Shown: positions 37,481 through 50,778, counted from the first letter of the stretch. The stretch: 64,000 bases of DNA from Fistulifera solaris (GCA_030295235.1 AP026132.1:124001-188000); one strand, 5' to 3'. The notes: generated by a model not told the origin, from the sequence alone. Program-made: numbers and translations.

Positions 37481-38164
37481 ATGGTGAAACGTACTATTCT
37501 CCTATTAGCGGCCTTGACGGCATCCACATCGGCCTTCACGCCTCTTCAAACGGTGCGTCCTAAAGAGTTGCTGTCCAACGATCCGATTCTCATCTCGAGG
37601 CATCGTTAGTGTCACCTTCGATCTCTTTCTTTCTGTATCTATCGATTCGGCATACGCAATACACATTCCTCATACTTTCGTTTCGTTTCCATTATTTATT
37701 CTTGACACAGGATACGGCACGCCGCAACTTTTTGCAAAACACAGCGACCGCCGGCGCCGCGCTCGTCCTTCTCCCCACTGCCCCCGCGTGGGCGGAATTG
37801 GAAGTCCCTCCCAAAGTACCGAATACACTTTTCCTACCGATTGGGGCTTGACCTTCAAGTACGAAGAAGACGCCGCCAAAGTTCGTAAACACATGCTCAT
37901 TGCCACCGCCTTGGCGAAGGGAGCCCCGATATGGAAGATTTTGGCAAGAATTTGAAAAAGGAAATGGTCGATTTTGTTTCGTACTATCGTCGATTCCCCA
38001 AAGTCGCCGGTAAACCCTCTTTCAGTACGCTCTATACGTCCATCAATGTGGTAGCGGGACATTACACGTCGTACGGATACAAGTATCCGTTGCCGGAAAA
38101 GAGACGCAAGCGATTGTATCAAGAATATGCCGAAATTGAAAAGTCACTCAAACGTGGTCGTTAA
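37481..38164 (+). CDS. psb27: Photosystem II assembly factor Psb27
   Basis: MVKRTILLLLAALTASTSA|FTP presequence; intron ~37553-37710; twin-arginine ARRNFL + AWA; DFVSYYRR..VAGKPSFSTLYTSINVVAGHY..PLPEKRRKRL. Confidence 0.9.
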
Positions 38165-38445
38165 AATTCGAGTGATGCGACTAGCGAGAAGTAGTAACGA
38201 AAAAGCCAAACGCAAGCACTAAAATCGCTAGTTTTTTTCGTGTCATGCTATTATTTCGTTTGTTCTCTTGGTTACTCAAATGTAGGCGAGCGACGCGTAG
38301 GCTAGGCAAATGTGGCGACGATAATTTATTATGATTCAGAATACGAGTGGCGACGATTCATTCATTGCGCAACACACAAAGATTATTCGTTATCTACACT
38401 TTAGGTAAATCAACTCGTTTTCACTATTTTCCACGAAAATTTAGA

Positions 38446-39612
38446 TTACTTGGCTTCTTGACTTTGCGCCGCTCGTTGATTCGCGGATCGGATCTTGGCA
38501 TACGAATACAGAAAGCCTCCGCAGAGACTGACGGAAATAAAGAACCAGGTCTTGGAATCAATGACACTGTCAAAGATCAGGTAACCCAAAATGGCCACGG
38601 GAATTTTGTTCAAAGAACCGACAATGGCGTAAGTGGAAGGACCCGTGACGGACACACAATGGAGTGACGCAAAGTTGAGAAAGAATCCGATGAAACCCGC
38701 AAAGGCATTCTTGCCGGCATAATCCCAAGTGTGGACTTGTTCCGCATTCAGAAACGTGGCCAATTCACCATTGAGAAAGGCCACCGGCAACAACAATGCC
38801 ACACAGAGGACATTATTCACAAAGACCATGCCGAATTTGGACAACTTAATGTTTTGGGTCGCGAATTTCATGTACAAGACGTAACTGCTCGTCGCCAAAC
38901 AGTTGGCCACCATCCAAAAACAAGCCCGTGGCCGTGACATGAATATCATTCTGTGCCGCCGCGACGGCTCCCAAGAACATGACGGCAAAGGCGGCCATCG
39001 CCAGACCCTCCGGTTGACTGTCAAAAAGATGTAATCCCCGGCCGTCGTAATAATGTTGGTGACATTCTTGAACACCGTGACCATGGGCACCGAGTTGGTT
39101 TCCAATGACACCATTCCGGTAAAGAGCATGAGACAAAAAAAGACGTTGACGGGTGCCCACGCTTTGGCGGTTTCCCAATTCAACGGAGGGTACTGGACCC
39201 AATGCATCATCCGGCAGATTTCGACACTGACGGCGGCAATGATGGCTTGAAAGACGACGAGGAGTACATTGAGGTTTCCATCAATCAAGTGATTGTAACT
39301 GAAGAACAAGAAGAAGAAGTAGAAGAATTGAGAAATTCCTTCGAAAAGACGAAAGAAGAAAAACATTCGAGAGGCAGTCTTACCTACTCGCCAGACTCTT
39401 ATTCACCAGAATCATACTGACACTACAGAAACTGTAAAGGTACACGACGCTATGGCTTTGATGGACCCCGACGATACCAAGGATGTTTGCTTCACATCCT
39501 TGGTAATCAAGGGAGCCGGCGGTTCCTTGTTGGGTGAAGTGTGGGGATGACGATGCAACAAATGATGTTGCAATTCGACATCTTCGTGATCTTCTTCCTC
39601 ACGCGGTGACAT
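38446..39612 (-). CDS. Golgi GDP-mannose/nucleotide-sugar transporter (VRG4/GONST-like)
   Basis: AWAPVNVFFCLMLFTG; VPMVTVFKNVTNI; GPSTYAIVGSLNKIP; multi-TM; intron ~39320-39384. Confidence 0.88.
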
Positions 39613-39993
39613 TGTAGGACGGAAGGAGGAATACAACCGAATTGTGTTAATTGATAGCCAGCAATGCAATGCAATGCAATGCAATGAATTCTTCGAGTGT
39701 GTTTTTCCTTCCGGATCTTCGTAGGATGCTCGAAAATCTGTGAAAGGAGGTTTCAGATGGTTTCGCTGATTATCAATTAATTCTTGTTGGATGATTATTA
39801 TTTCTTCTTCGTCGTCCACGGATCAAAATGTTGGTTGGGAGCCAAACTTGTGAATGGCCAAAAACAGGAATTTTCAGTTGGTGGGAGTCGGCCGTCCATC
39901 GTGTTGGAAAAGGCGAGGAGTGCGCGCAGTGTCGGGTCTTGTAAACAAACGGTTGGCCGATTTCGAGGAGCACGCGGACGAGGATGACGTTTT

Positions 39994-40066
39994 GTCGTGA
40001 CTCAACAAGTCATGAGTGGTGATGCTTTAACCATGCTACACATCGATCCATAGTCTACATTGAGAC
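39994..40066 (+). repeat. Solo degenerate copy of the conserved box in a divergent promoter region
   Basis: tcgtgactcaacaagtcatga ... tacacatcgatccatagtc. Confidence 0.55.
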
Positions 40067-40208
40067 TGCCGCCTACAACTCATTGCACAGTCGAATACCA
40101 TACCTTTACTCGTTACGTCAGCAATTGGCACCTCAAGGCCGCATCGAGCGCTGCTGCTCCTCTCACCATGGGATTGCCGCTGCTTCAAATTACAATACAG
40201 CATCCATC

Positions 40209-40950
40209 ATGAGTCTGCACATTGCCATTCGACGCTCATCCAAACTATTGTTCTATCCCAAGACTAGCGCCGTAGCTACCCTGACGGGCCGATCGTTCAG
40301 TACCAAGCCCAGTACGAATGATTTGGAAAAGCCCGTCTTGAAAGACAATATCCTTCCGGTACGATACTTTGTTGCATCTTCTACTCGGTTCTTGTTTTTT
40401 TGCCTCTTAAGTATTCAACATCATCAACTCATCTCCTTCAACAAAACACACAGACTCCGTGGAGCGAAGTCTTGGACAATTCCTCGAAAGTCTTCTTTTG
40501 ACGGAAATCATGCGGGCCTTTTTACTCGCCGGAGAAGCCTTTTTCAAACCCAAGGCTACCATCAATTACCCCTTTGAGCACGGTGCACTGAGTCCACGCT
40601 TTCGTGGAGAACACGCCTTGCGTCGGTATCCGTCGGGAGAAGAACGGTGCATTGCGTGCAAACTGTGTGAAGCCGCTTGCCCCGCGCAAGCCATTTCCAT
40701 TGAAGTGGCGGAACGGGAAGATGGGGCACGTCGGACCACGCGGTACGATATTGATATGACGAAATGTATTTATTGTGGATTTTGTCAAGAAGCCTGTCCG
40801 GTGGATGCGATTGTGGAAGGACCGAACTTTGAATTTGCGACCGAGACGCACGAAGAACTCTTGTACGATAAGGAAAAGTTGCTATCGAATGGTGATAAGT
40901 GGGAACGACAGATTGCCAAGAATTTGATGAGTGAGCATTTGTATCGTTAA
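40209..40950 (+). CDS. NDUFS8: Mitochondrial complex I 23-kDa Fe-S subunit (TYKY/NuoI), one intron
   Basis: [50 protein letters not shown]; intron ~40359-40453. Confidence 0.97.
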
Positions 40951-42521
40951 AAATAGGGTAGTTTGGCGGACTTGCTTTGTAAAAATCTTAGAACGAGATC
41001 TTGTCGTTTCCACTCATTTTCATTGAGACTCGTTTAATTTGATGAGCCACCTTTTGTTTATTGAACACCTTGAACATCCTACTTTAGCTGTGAACTTTCA
41101 GTATAATGGGATACTTAGCTTTACAGAAATAGAGTTAACGAAAAAAATTCACCTGTGGTCAAGGCCAACCGCAAGTCATTGAACCGTTTCGACAGGAACA
41201 TTTATTAGCTGTGCAAGAAGCTTCAAGCTTGAACGTCTCACATGTTTTATTCAGCGTTTGGGAAAGCATGATGCTCCGTAAATGGCAATAGAATTCGCGA
41301 AACAAAGCAGAATGGTGACGACAGACAAGCGCCTTGTTGTAAATATGTATGAAAGGCTTGGTCGTTGTATAGCGCGCGGAATTTGATCAATTATGAGGAA
41401 TCTGTCGAAAAGGATGAGGCGATCCCTCGGTTGAGGCACGAAAAGGCACTGTTTCCTGCCGACCATCGAAAAGTATTCAAAGTAACCTCGACACTATTCT
41501 TGGAGAATCCCATAGCGTTCATAGTGCTGTCTTCGATGGTTACTTTGTCTTCTAAAGACATGGACCTCAAACTAAGAATTTCGTTCGTCGGCGACATTCT
41601 TTCGGGAGTTGGCTTAAAGACACGACGTTCCATTGAAGGATTGTATCGCGCGGCACCCGAGAAGTATTCAACACTCATCTTTGCTTTAATCAAACTTTAG
41701 AGGTTGCAAATGAGAATTGAGTTACACTTGCTTGGCCGAAATTTGTGAGGCTGGTTAGAAATGTGATGCGGGATGGAGATGGAGGCAAATTTTTTGGTGC
41801 ATCGGCGAATTTGAAATTGGAAAATTGGAACCCCTAACCGTCCATTTCTCCTAAATTTCTAATTGACTATGATTTTTTGTGTACTTCTTTTCGTGTTGTG
41901 CGAAGCTTTCCACGATTGTGAAACTGTCAATTTCGCCAAAAGTAGAAACAGTTGATCTATACAAAGCGATCGTACCGGTATTGGAACTATGCGCGATGAT
42001 TATTACTCGCTTGGATTACAAACCCGAAGCATTGCATTGAAGAAGTTACCATCGATAGACACTTCGAAGGAATGATTTTAAGCAGAAATATAGACCGTCG
42101 CAAACTTCGTCGTCGACTTGATTTATAGGCCTATTATGGGACCGTCGCTGGCTCCTCGCTCATTTAAGACTATGAACGCAAGGAGAATCTAGAATTTTGG
42201 ACACGAAAACTGTTTGCTTATGAAGGATAAGTTCGCTTTTACCATGACTATGGATGTAAAACCAGTGGGCTTAAAATTAATTAGAAGTAGATGGCTTCTT
42301 CAAATGGTTAAACAAATACTTGACTAAGCGATCATCTTTGGCTCGAAAATAGCATATTCACATCTAGAAACTCAACTAATCGGATTTCTGGACTGAGGCG
42401 TTCTAAAGATTTGGTCAAACACTCCATGGAAGTATGCCAAAAGAAGGTTGTACCATGGCGACGTCTCGTAATGCGTCAAGAAAAGCTAGATCCATTGCAG
42501 CACCGCTGTAGATGAAAGATA

Positions 42522-43045
42522 TCAATCCATCTTGTCCAAGGGTCTGTTGAAACCATGCTTTCGATTCATGTACTGTCTATACTTTCGTGCTTTATTCTTG
42601 GAGGCAGCTCCTTTGGCAGAAGTCGTGTGATTGTCTTCAACTTTTTGACCTTTCGTGGACCCGAATCCACTGGTAAACCCCAATAAAGCACGCATCTGCT
42701 CCTCCTCGTCCATTTCTTCAAGTTCCTCCGGATTTACTGCAATAATTTGTTCTTGAGGTCCTTTCTTTTCTTGGCCGCTTCGTTCGACAGATCTTGATCC
42801 AAGGCTGCTGCAATTTGGCGTTCTTCTTGTTCGTTTTCTGCACGCAAGCGGGCCATCCGAGCTCTTCGTTCCTCTTCCAGTTTATTGTTGTACATTTCCC
42901 CTTTCTCTTCGGAAGGACTTCTCGATCGTTCTCTGCCGCGCCTGGCATTTTCATTATGATTCCCTTCGTACCTGTCTCCTCTTCGTCTCTTTGCATCGTG
43001 ATACCGGTCATCTCGACGGTGATCGTAGGAAGGCGGGCGGTCCAT
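42522..43045 (-). CDS. SNRNP27: U4/U6.U5 tri-snRNP 27-kDa protein
   Basis: RS-rich N-terminus; MRALLGFTSGFGSTKG; RKYRQYMNRKHGFNRPLD; indel near 42750. Confidence 0.93.
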
Positions 43046-43372
43046 TATAAACTAGTCTATTGGTTTGTTGTGTTTACTTTGTTTAAGCTTCACTTTATCT
43101 ATGCATCTGCAACGTCGACGTTATTATGCTGCCCCGTCCGATTTGCTGTTGTTTTTGTTGTTGTGTGTGTTCAGTGTTCAGGGCAGTAAAAATGCAGCAA
43201 AGATTCCGTATTCCCTTTCACACTATAACGCCTAAAACCTAAAACGGAGTAAATAATAATCTAGGGTTACCTGGTACCTTGCCTGGTACACTAGGCGATC
43301 GCGAACACTGCGACCGCCCATACTATCTATAGATCTCTAAAGCACAATCAAAGACGTTTCTAGTCAAATGAA

Positions 43373-44870
43373 TCATGGATCTGTGACAACGACCGAATGG
43401 ACCCAACTCCGATGCACCTCGCGAATGGTCATGTCACTATCTTGCAGTAGCAACTGATCGAGCCACGGTGGCGTAAACAAGGCGTATTCCTGTATCTCCG
43501 GATCTTTCCACAAATGAACTTGATGGACAGTACGCCCGCTATTTCCAACAATGGTGGTTCGATCCATGTGGGCGGCAAACTGGCGTACCGGCATTTCAAT
43601 CACACCCGCAGGTACCAGTTGCACCGGCACATGGATGGGTACTTTGTCATCGGAGGCGACACCGACCGCCCAAACACTACCATCTTCCATTGACATGGCC
43701 GTGTGGTGGGAGCCACACGCAATTTTCTCAACACGCAGAGTCGGGGGTAACCCATGTAGTACAAATGGCAACAATGCGTCCGAAGCAATCTTCTTCCCCA
43801 CATCGTCCCCAAATGCCGGTAGAACATGTTTTCCCCAAATCAAGACACGATTATCGTCTGTCAATGCAGCGGAATGGATCAGTCCTGCCGCAACTTGTCG
43901 AACTTTGCCGATTCTCTCGTATACTGGTTTGCTGTTTCCTTCAAATGCGGCCACGACATCTTCCCTGACCCGTAAAGGAAAATGTCTTTTTGACAGGAAG
44001 CGCCGTGTGGGACTCTCCCAGGATTACTTCTTGACCCAACTGGCCCCGTTCGCCTTTACCCCAACAGAAAACTTCACCTTCCGAGTTCAAACAAATCGCG
44101 TGCTGCAATCCTAATTCCACCTGGGTAATGGGAAAGGATTGCTCCATCTGCGCCCGTGGACCTTCCGCAAACTCGGACGATAAACCAGTGACTCGCGTGG
44201 GGTGCCACAAATTATTTACCGTATAACCACTTCCACATTGCCCATATCCGTTGAGACCAAATGCGTAAAGGTGACCTTCGGTCGTAATGAATGCCGTAAA
44301 ACCCGCGGAACAAGCTACTGTAACAGGTTGATGGACGTTTCCTGCGGCCGCTTCCACTGCCGTCAAGGTAGACAATATCGACTGCGATCGAGCAGCTTCC
44401 CATCCTTTTGCATCGGGTGATAACGAATCCGATAACCATGACACCAAACTCCCTACCAATTCCGTCGGATTGAAGAGATCGATGCCTCTCGATTCTGTCT
44501 TCAGTTTGGGCGAGTCTAAAATGGTGGATTCAACCGTTTGTCGCACCGAATAGTCACGAATCATTTTGGGAAGACGTTTGAGACGCAGCAGTGCCGAAAA
44601 GTCATGAGGACGCCCCGTCAAGAGGAGTTCTCGATCTGGCGTCAAAACCGCCGTGTGTCCCCAACCGGTGGCCACTGAATGAACGGGGCCCGTATACATT
44701 GGTTTTAGGTTTGTAACAAAATCTTCTTCATCATCGTAATGTCCTGGAATATCTTCTTGAAAATTGCCAATCCCCAACGCACCCGTCCACGCTTCTCCCA
44801 CCGCATACACCGCGAACTGCCTCGTGTTCGGTCGAAGTTTTCGTTTGATACCGCCACGCGCGCTGATCAT
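43373..44870 (-). CDS. RCC1-repeat protein
   Basis: VATGWGHT; LYAFGLNGYGQCG; VFCWGKGERGQLG; IACGSHHT; indel near 43980. Confidence 0.88.
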
Positions 44871-45449
44871 ACTAAACTTTTATAAAAGATGCCTTTCTCT
44901 GCTTTGTTGCTGGCCATTGGTGATGCCGCACTCGTTCTCTTTCTCTTTTGCCGTGGTCGTTGTTTTCGTGATGATGTATGATGCGATTTGTCATGGCTCA
45001 CTCAACTAGAGTTGGGGTTCAGATGTCGAAAACTTGTTAAAAACTTGACCGGCACTTGATTGGTTAAGTCCAAAACAAAACTTGGTACCCGAAGAACGCT
45101 GTCGTCCTAAACAGCTGTTGAGTATTTGGCTGTAAGAACATGGTTTGATAGCCAAGAATTTTCCGAGAATACTGTCTATTATGGCGGCTGTCGGCCCTAC
45201 ACGACACCTTACAAGAACGCCGCGCACGCCGATCGCGACATCGCGCAAATACGTCCATCGTTCGTCGTTCGAAAATGCCTATCGTGAGGATACACACGAG
45301 TTGACTTGTTATCGATGGAGAGCAGGCCCGTCGCTGTTTACGACACCATTTCCGTGCCCATGCATTCAAACAACACTTTGTCTTTTTGACATTCTTTCTA
45401 AATAGAATTTCTAAATAGAAAGTCACGATAACAACTAGAAATCAACAGC

Positions 45450-45821
45450 ATGAGTCGTGAAATACAACGACGAAACTCCAAACAGCGTTTGGACGATGGA
45501 TGGGTGGACAGCATGGTCGAAGTCGCCAAGGTGTGCAACAATCTATTTACGAAGCAATGTAATCTTTGCAACATATATACCAACAAGCAAGTCGAATACG
45601 AATGGCGACAAGAAAAAACACTGCAAAGTAGTAGTAGTCCAGTCGAACGCGCCTTACAAAAAGTGGACCACGGCAACCTGGAAGTTCACCTCTATCGCCA
45701 GTTTCTGTTTGACGAAGAATCGGTGATTGCGGGAGCCAGTCTGCGTGAGGACGAAACATCGATTCAGCGCATGGGAAGTCAAGACGGAGAGCGAAGTGTA
45801 CTGACGCACGGAACCAACTAA
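45450..45821 (+). CDS. Hypothetical protein
   Basis: ATG-initiated 123-aa ORF with plausible composition in a gene-sized gap; no recognisable motif. Confidence 0.3.
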   Translation: MSREIQRRNSKQRLDDGWVDSMVEVAKVCNNLFTKQCNLCNIYTNKQVEYEWRQEKTLQSSSSPVERALQKVDHGNLEVHLYRQFLFDEESVIAGASLREDETSIQRMGSQDGERSVLTHGTN

Positions 45822-45884
45822 CTACGAATGAAGCGAAGAAACCAGAAGGCCCCTTCTTTGAAGCGCTTTCTATATTGTAACTTT

Positions 45885-47628
45885 TCAACCTGTGAACTCG
45901 TATTCATAAATAATTATAACCAGTGTTCTGTAAATGTAAACTCTCGGCTTTTTCATTTCATTCCATTCCTCTACTTCGTTTTCAAAAGGAGCTTCACTGG
46001 ATACGGCACCATCAAAATCACCGTTTCCGCGAGGACGATTGTCATCGTACTCTTCATCGTCTACCGTCACCCAATCAATCTCCATGGCTTCCTCTTCACG
46101 GGCTTCTTCCTCCATCGCTAATCTCTTGTAATCCAAGCAAGCAAATCGATCCCAGTCACAATCAAACTCATCTTCACGCTTTTGCCGTTCCATGAAAGGA
46201 TCTCGTTGTTCAAACATCAGATACTTGTTCAGGTTGAATAACGCATCGAACAAAGCTCCAGAAACTTGACAACATTCGGGTTGCAAAAAATCTTCCGCCA
46301 CCAAATGCTCCGTACTGGCCGGTTTAATCATATCCATCATTTGGCAAAGCATGTCCTCGAACTGAACGATTTCGTGGCCCATACACTGCATTCGGTGGAG
46401 CTGCACTGCGTAAAACGATCGCATTTCCATGTTATTCAATTTACCGTCACCATCCACATCGACGCAACTGAACCAGTAACGCACACTGACTTCATTGCTT
46501 TTGTCTTCTTCCGATAGCATAAAATAGATGAAATCTTCGTAACTCAAGTAATCTCGATTCGGGTTCGGTGGATTGAAGGGTCGGGGCGCCGCATCGAAAA
46601 TCCGATCCACAATCATGTGAGACAGGGAATGATCCCCGTATTTGAGTAAATCTTCTCGCGTGATGCGGTAATCGCGGTCGTGATCCAGTTCCCAAAAGCG
46701 ACAATAGAGTACATAAAAGTGCTCGTAACTGAGAAAGCGCGTGACATTGTTGATGTCTTCTTCTTCGTCGACTTGTTGAAAGGCTTGCAGTAGATCCGAT
46801 CGTCGTATTTGCCGGCTCGTGATGCGACCGGAATGGCACTTGTCAACACTGTAAAAGATACGAGTAATGACGGTGACAGCATATTTCTCCTGAAACTCAG
46901 CGTGACTCGACAAAAACTCGAGACCGGGATGATCGTTCAACAACGCCTTGATGAAGGGCAAAAAGTCATCGCGGAGAATAAAGTCATGTTCCGGTTTTTT
47001 GACCAACCGAAAGAAGCGATCCGATACATCGTACGGTTCCATTTCTTGCTTCCAATACCACTCGAGCATACGAAAAGTCACCACTTCCATCGGCGATTGA
47101 TGCTCCCCGAAGGCCTCATTCCACAAATCCAAGATCCGCTGATAGAGTGGCTGATTGAAAAACGAAGGGAACCGACAGACTTCTTTCGTAATACGAACAA
47201 AGGCATCGTGCGTCAAATATTTTCGTTCTAACTTCTGCGACTGTGGGTCGTCTTCCGATGTGACCGAACTGACGGAACCCGGTGAAGTCAAGGGCGGATC
47301 TTGACCCAATTCGTTGAAAATAACCTTCGCGTGATCGCGAGCACAGGTATTATTCTCGCGTGACTCTTCGTCGTCTTTTCTTTTCCTCTTCGAGCGGTTC
47401 CCATTGTTCGTGTGGTTGCGGTGCGGTGAAACGTCGTCGACGTCGTTCCTCGTTGCCGCGCGGATAAAAGGGAGGAATGATGACCGAACTGGGTGTCGAA
47501 TCCTGTTTCGTTTTCGCTTCTTCTTGAGCATGATAACGTTCAATCCATTGCAAGACTTGTTCGTACACGTCGTCGGAGGTGAGCCACGAGACGAGTAGTT
47601 CGTCCATTTTCACTGCGGAATACGCCAT
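45885..47628 (-). CDS. Protein phosphatase 2A regulatory subunit B'' (PPP2R3/TON2-type, EF-hand)
   Basis: MDELLVSWL; HPGLEFL..EFQEKYA; SYEHFYVLYCRFWELD; YWFSCVDVDGDG; indels near both ends. Confidence 0.93.
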
Positions 47629-48228
47629 GATGAAGGAGCGTCAGTTACTGCCGTGTCGTTGCGCAATTTACTATCCTTTTGTTTAGAAGGACTTCCCAGA
47701 GAGTATGTAAGGCAAAACAGAAAGGAAGAACGAAAGAATGCTTCAACAACTGTATAATGATGAACGTTGCAAAATGGTCGTCTTTTTTTTTGCGTTTTGC
47801 TGCGGTACTCGTTACTATAACTTTTGCTCCACAAACTTGTTCCGTGATTAATCAGGAACTAAAACCAAATAGAGGTTCACGTAACGATGCGATTCTATTA
47901 TAGCACTGTTAGGGAGGCGCATAAAAAATGAGGCCATCGCTCTTGTCTATCATACGTTGTGCTGTTTTCGACCACAAAAAGTAGACCAAACAAAGAACTA
48001 ATGGAAGAACAAGTCTATGTTGTCAACCTCCTTTGAAAGCTCTCACGTTGGGAGGGTTCTTCCTAAGGATGGTACACGACCGTGGATTTGAAATTATAAA
48101 AGCATGCTCAAGGCTCCCTCTAGAACTCTCTGTCACAGAGCAATAATTTCTCAAGAATTGTTTAGCAGACATCTTCACTTCAAGTTGCTACAAAGATGTG
48201 ACTGACATCTAAGAGAGATAAAGGCTTC

Positions 48229-50017
48229 TTAATGGTTTGACTCGAACCAGTTGTTGGCTTGATGGCTACCCCACATCGGCTTTGTCATCAATAAGATCCA
48301 CTTAATCTGAGAGTTTGTACATTTCCAAAGTTCCGTAACCATGCCCTCGCTTTCTTCCCGGGAAAGTAGACGGAGTCCCTTGTCGTGGGATACGGTGACC
48401 TTCTTCTCCTTCCCAGTGGACCTCTCAATGGCACTGACGGTAACCGCATCGTCCGCATCCACATACACGGTGACATCGATTTGGGGCTGCCCCGAGGCCA
48501 ACGGCAAAACCCCGTCCAAGCGGAACTCTCCGAGAAAGTTGTTGTCCTTTGTCATGGAATGTTCGCCGAAAATCCGGATCAGTACGCTCGGTAGGATATC
48601 CTTGCACACGGAAAAGGTCAGAGTCTTTTTGCAGGGAATGTGATTGTTTTGCCGGATAAACGTAATCATCCTCCCTCCGATACTTTCAACTCCGAGTGAG
48701 AATGGAGCAACATCGAGCAACAAAATCTCGGAGAGTTTCTCACTCTTCACACCCGAAAGAAGTGCCGCCTTTACGGTGGCTCCGAACGTGACAGCCTCGT
48801 TGGGGTTGACCCGTTTACAAAGCTCCATCCCATCGAAAAATGCCGAAGGCATGGATTGAAGTTTGGGAATACGAGTCGATCCGCCGACCAGAACAACCTC
48901 GTGTACCTGATCTTTGGGCATTTTTGAGTCACGCAATATCTGCTCACAAATACCGATACACTTTTCGAAGTAATCCATTCAAAGAGCTTCGAATCGAAAA
49001 CGAGTGATAGTTGCCAAGAAATCAATACCATCATACAGTGAAAGAATGTCAATGTGCTTCTGAGAAGAGAACGATAAAGTAATCTTCGCGACGCTCACAA
49101 GCCTGTAAACGGCACATCGAACTGTAATTGTGCGATATGTCCCGGTGATGGAGACGCTGAAACTCCTTCACAAAGTAGTCCACCATGCGATTGTCAATAT
49201 CTTCGCCCCAAACTTCGTGTCTCCCGCTGACGCTTTCACCGTATATTTCATCGTCCAAGGTGAGCAAGGAAATGTCCAAACAACCGCCACCCCAGTCGAA
49301 AATGAGCACATTTTTCTCGCAGCCCCTATGATCAATACCGTTAGCATTAGCAGCAGCCGTCGGCTCGTTAATGAGACGAAGAACATTCAAACCAGCGATC
49401 GAAGCAGCACACTTCGTAGCTTGACGCTGAGCGTCATTGAAACAAGCAGGGACACTAATGACGGCATTCTTGACTTCTTTTCAAGATATGCTTCGGTAAT
49501 CTCTTTCATTTCCATCAATATCATGGCACAAATTTCTTCAGCTTGAAAATGTCGCTCTTCTCCTTTGTAATGTGCCTTGATGATCGGGTTATCGCAAGGC
49601 CCGAAACAACGTCAAACGGCCAGTGTGTCATATTCGATTGGACAGCAGGATCCGTAAATTTGCGTCCTATAAGACGCTTGGCCGAAAATAGTATTTCGTG
49701 CATTCGCTGCATTCTGAGACATTGCGGCATCGCCCATGAGACGCTCCGTTTCGTTGAAGGCAACGTCGAAGGGATTGGCGTCGACCATGATAGTCGGTAA
49801 TGATTTCGACGCGATTGTTGCGCCATACACCCACACAACAATTAGTCGTTCCAAGGTCGATTCCTACAGTTTGTCCTGCGACTGGTGAAGATAATAAGAG
49901 AGTGAGTAGGGAATTTTGGTGTAACTGGAAATAAAAAGCTGTCCTTGGTAATGCCGAAGGCCCAGAAACTATTCGTCGTTAACAGGATGCACCCTAATTC
50001 GAATACTTACCCGGCAT
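48229..50017 (-). pseudogene. Degenerate cytosolic Hsp70, multiple frameshifts, no C-terminal lid/EEVD
   Basis: GIDLGTT after a short first exon/intron; [45 protein letters not shown]; at least 6 frame breaks and many non-conservative changes. Confidence 0.8.
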
Positions 50018-50778
50018 GATCATTACTTCGTTGCATCAATCTTTCACTCTTTAACGTTCACGTACTTCCTTATTAATAAAGTTTGAATACTTTCTTGCCA
50101 GCAATGCTTTAATGGAAGGAAAGGCTGCTGAATGATCTGCGGTTTTGAAGTGAAAACGAGCCGGGAAAATGACGAGGCCAAAAGAAAAGGGTTCGCGGTT
50201 TTTTCGTATGCGAAGTATGTGATGTCATAACTCATGACCCAGAAGCAAGAAACAACACAGATTTGCAAGAGGTCGATAGCTACCGGGTACCACCATTTCT
50301 CGCAGCACTGGTGATCAATAAGCTCCGGATTGTGGCAGCTCATGATGCTACTGTGCAGTCCATTATGAAAAGGCGTGATGTCCGCTAATGTAAGTCCGAG
50401 GCTCTTTGACGCTTACAACTGTATGATGAGTTTCTATCGTATACAATGCTTATCTCGAGTGGCATTTGCCTACTATCATCTTTGCTTTGCGGACAAGAAA
50501 ACGTCTTACTTGGTATCCGGGTTTCCAGCGTACTTGGTTCGATCAGGGAGCGTCGTGACAAGCATGAACGCGACGAAATAGCATCAGTTTGCACTTATAA
50601 TAGAGCAACGTCGGATGTAAGATTGAATTATAAATCATAGTGTAGCGTTGGCATGCACAGATACACTAAGTCAATTATCGTAATGCTCATTGAAAGGATA
50701 AACAATGACGAGTTCATTCAAAGGTTACAAGGCATGGTTGCAGGCCGGAACACGAGGGAAACCAGTATTCAAAACTAA

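Noticed and set aside
39661..39686. (GCAAT)5 pentanucleotide repeat
   Set aside because: Ordinary short microsatellite upstream of the transporter
41251..41700. Possible small gene (ORFs 41391-41693 -, 41251-41466 -, 41365-41700 +)
   Set aside because: No recognisable motif and ambiguous strand; cannot be supported
43230..43295. Telomere-like cctaaaacctaaaac / ctagggtt and a short cctggtac duplication
   Set aside because: Only two imperfect units; not a telomeric tract
26540..44000. Programmed ribosomal frameshifting as a genome-wide mechanism
   Set aside because: No shared slippery motif, both +1 and -1 shifts, located in homopolymers; sequencing error is far more likely
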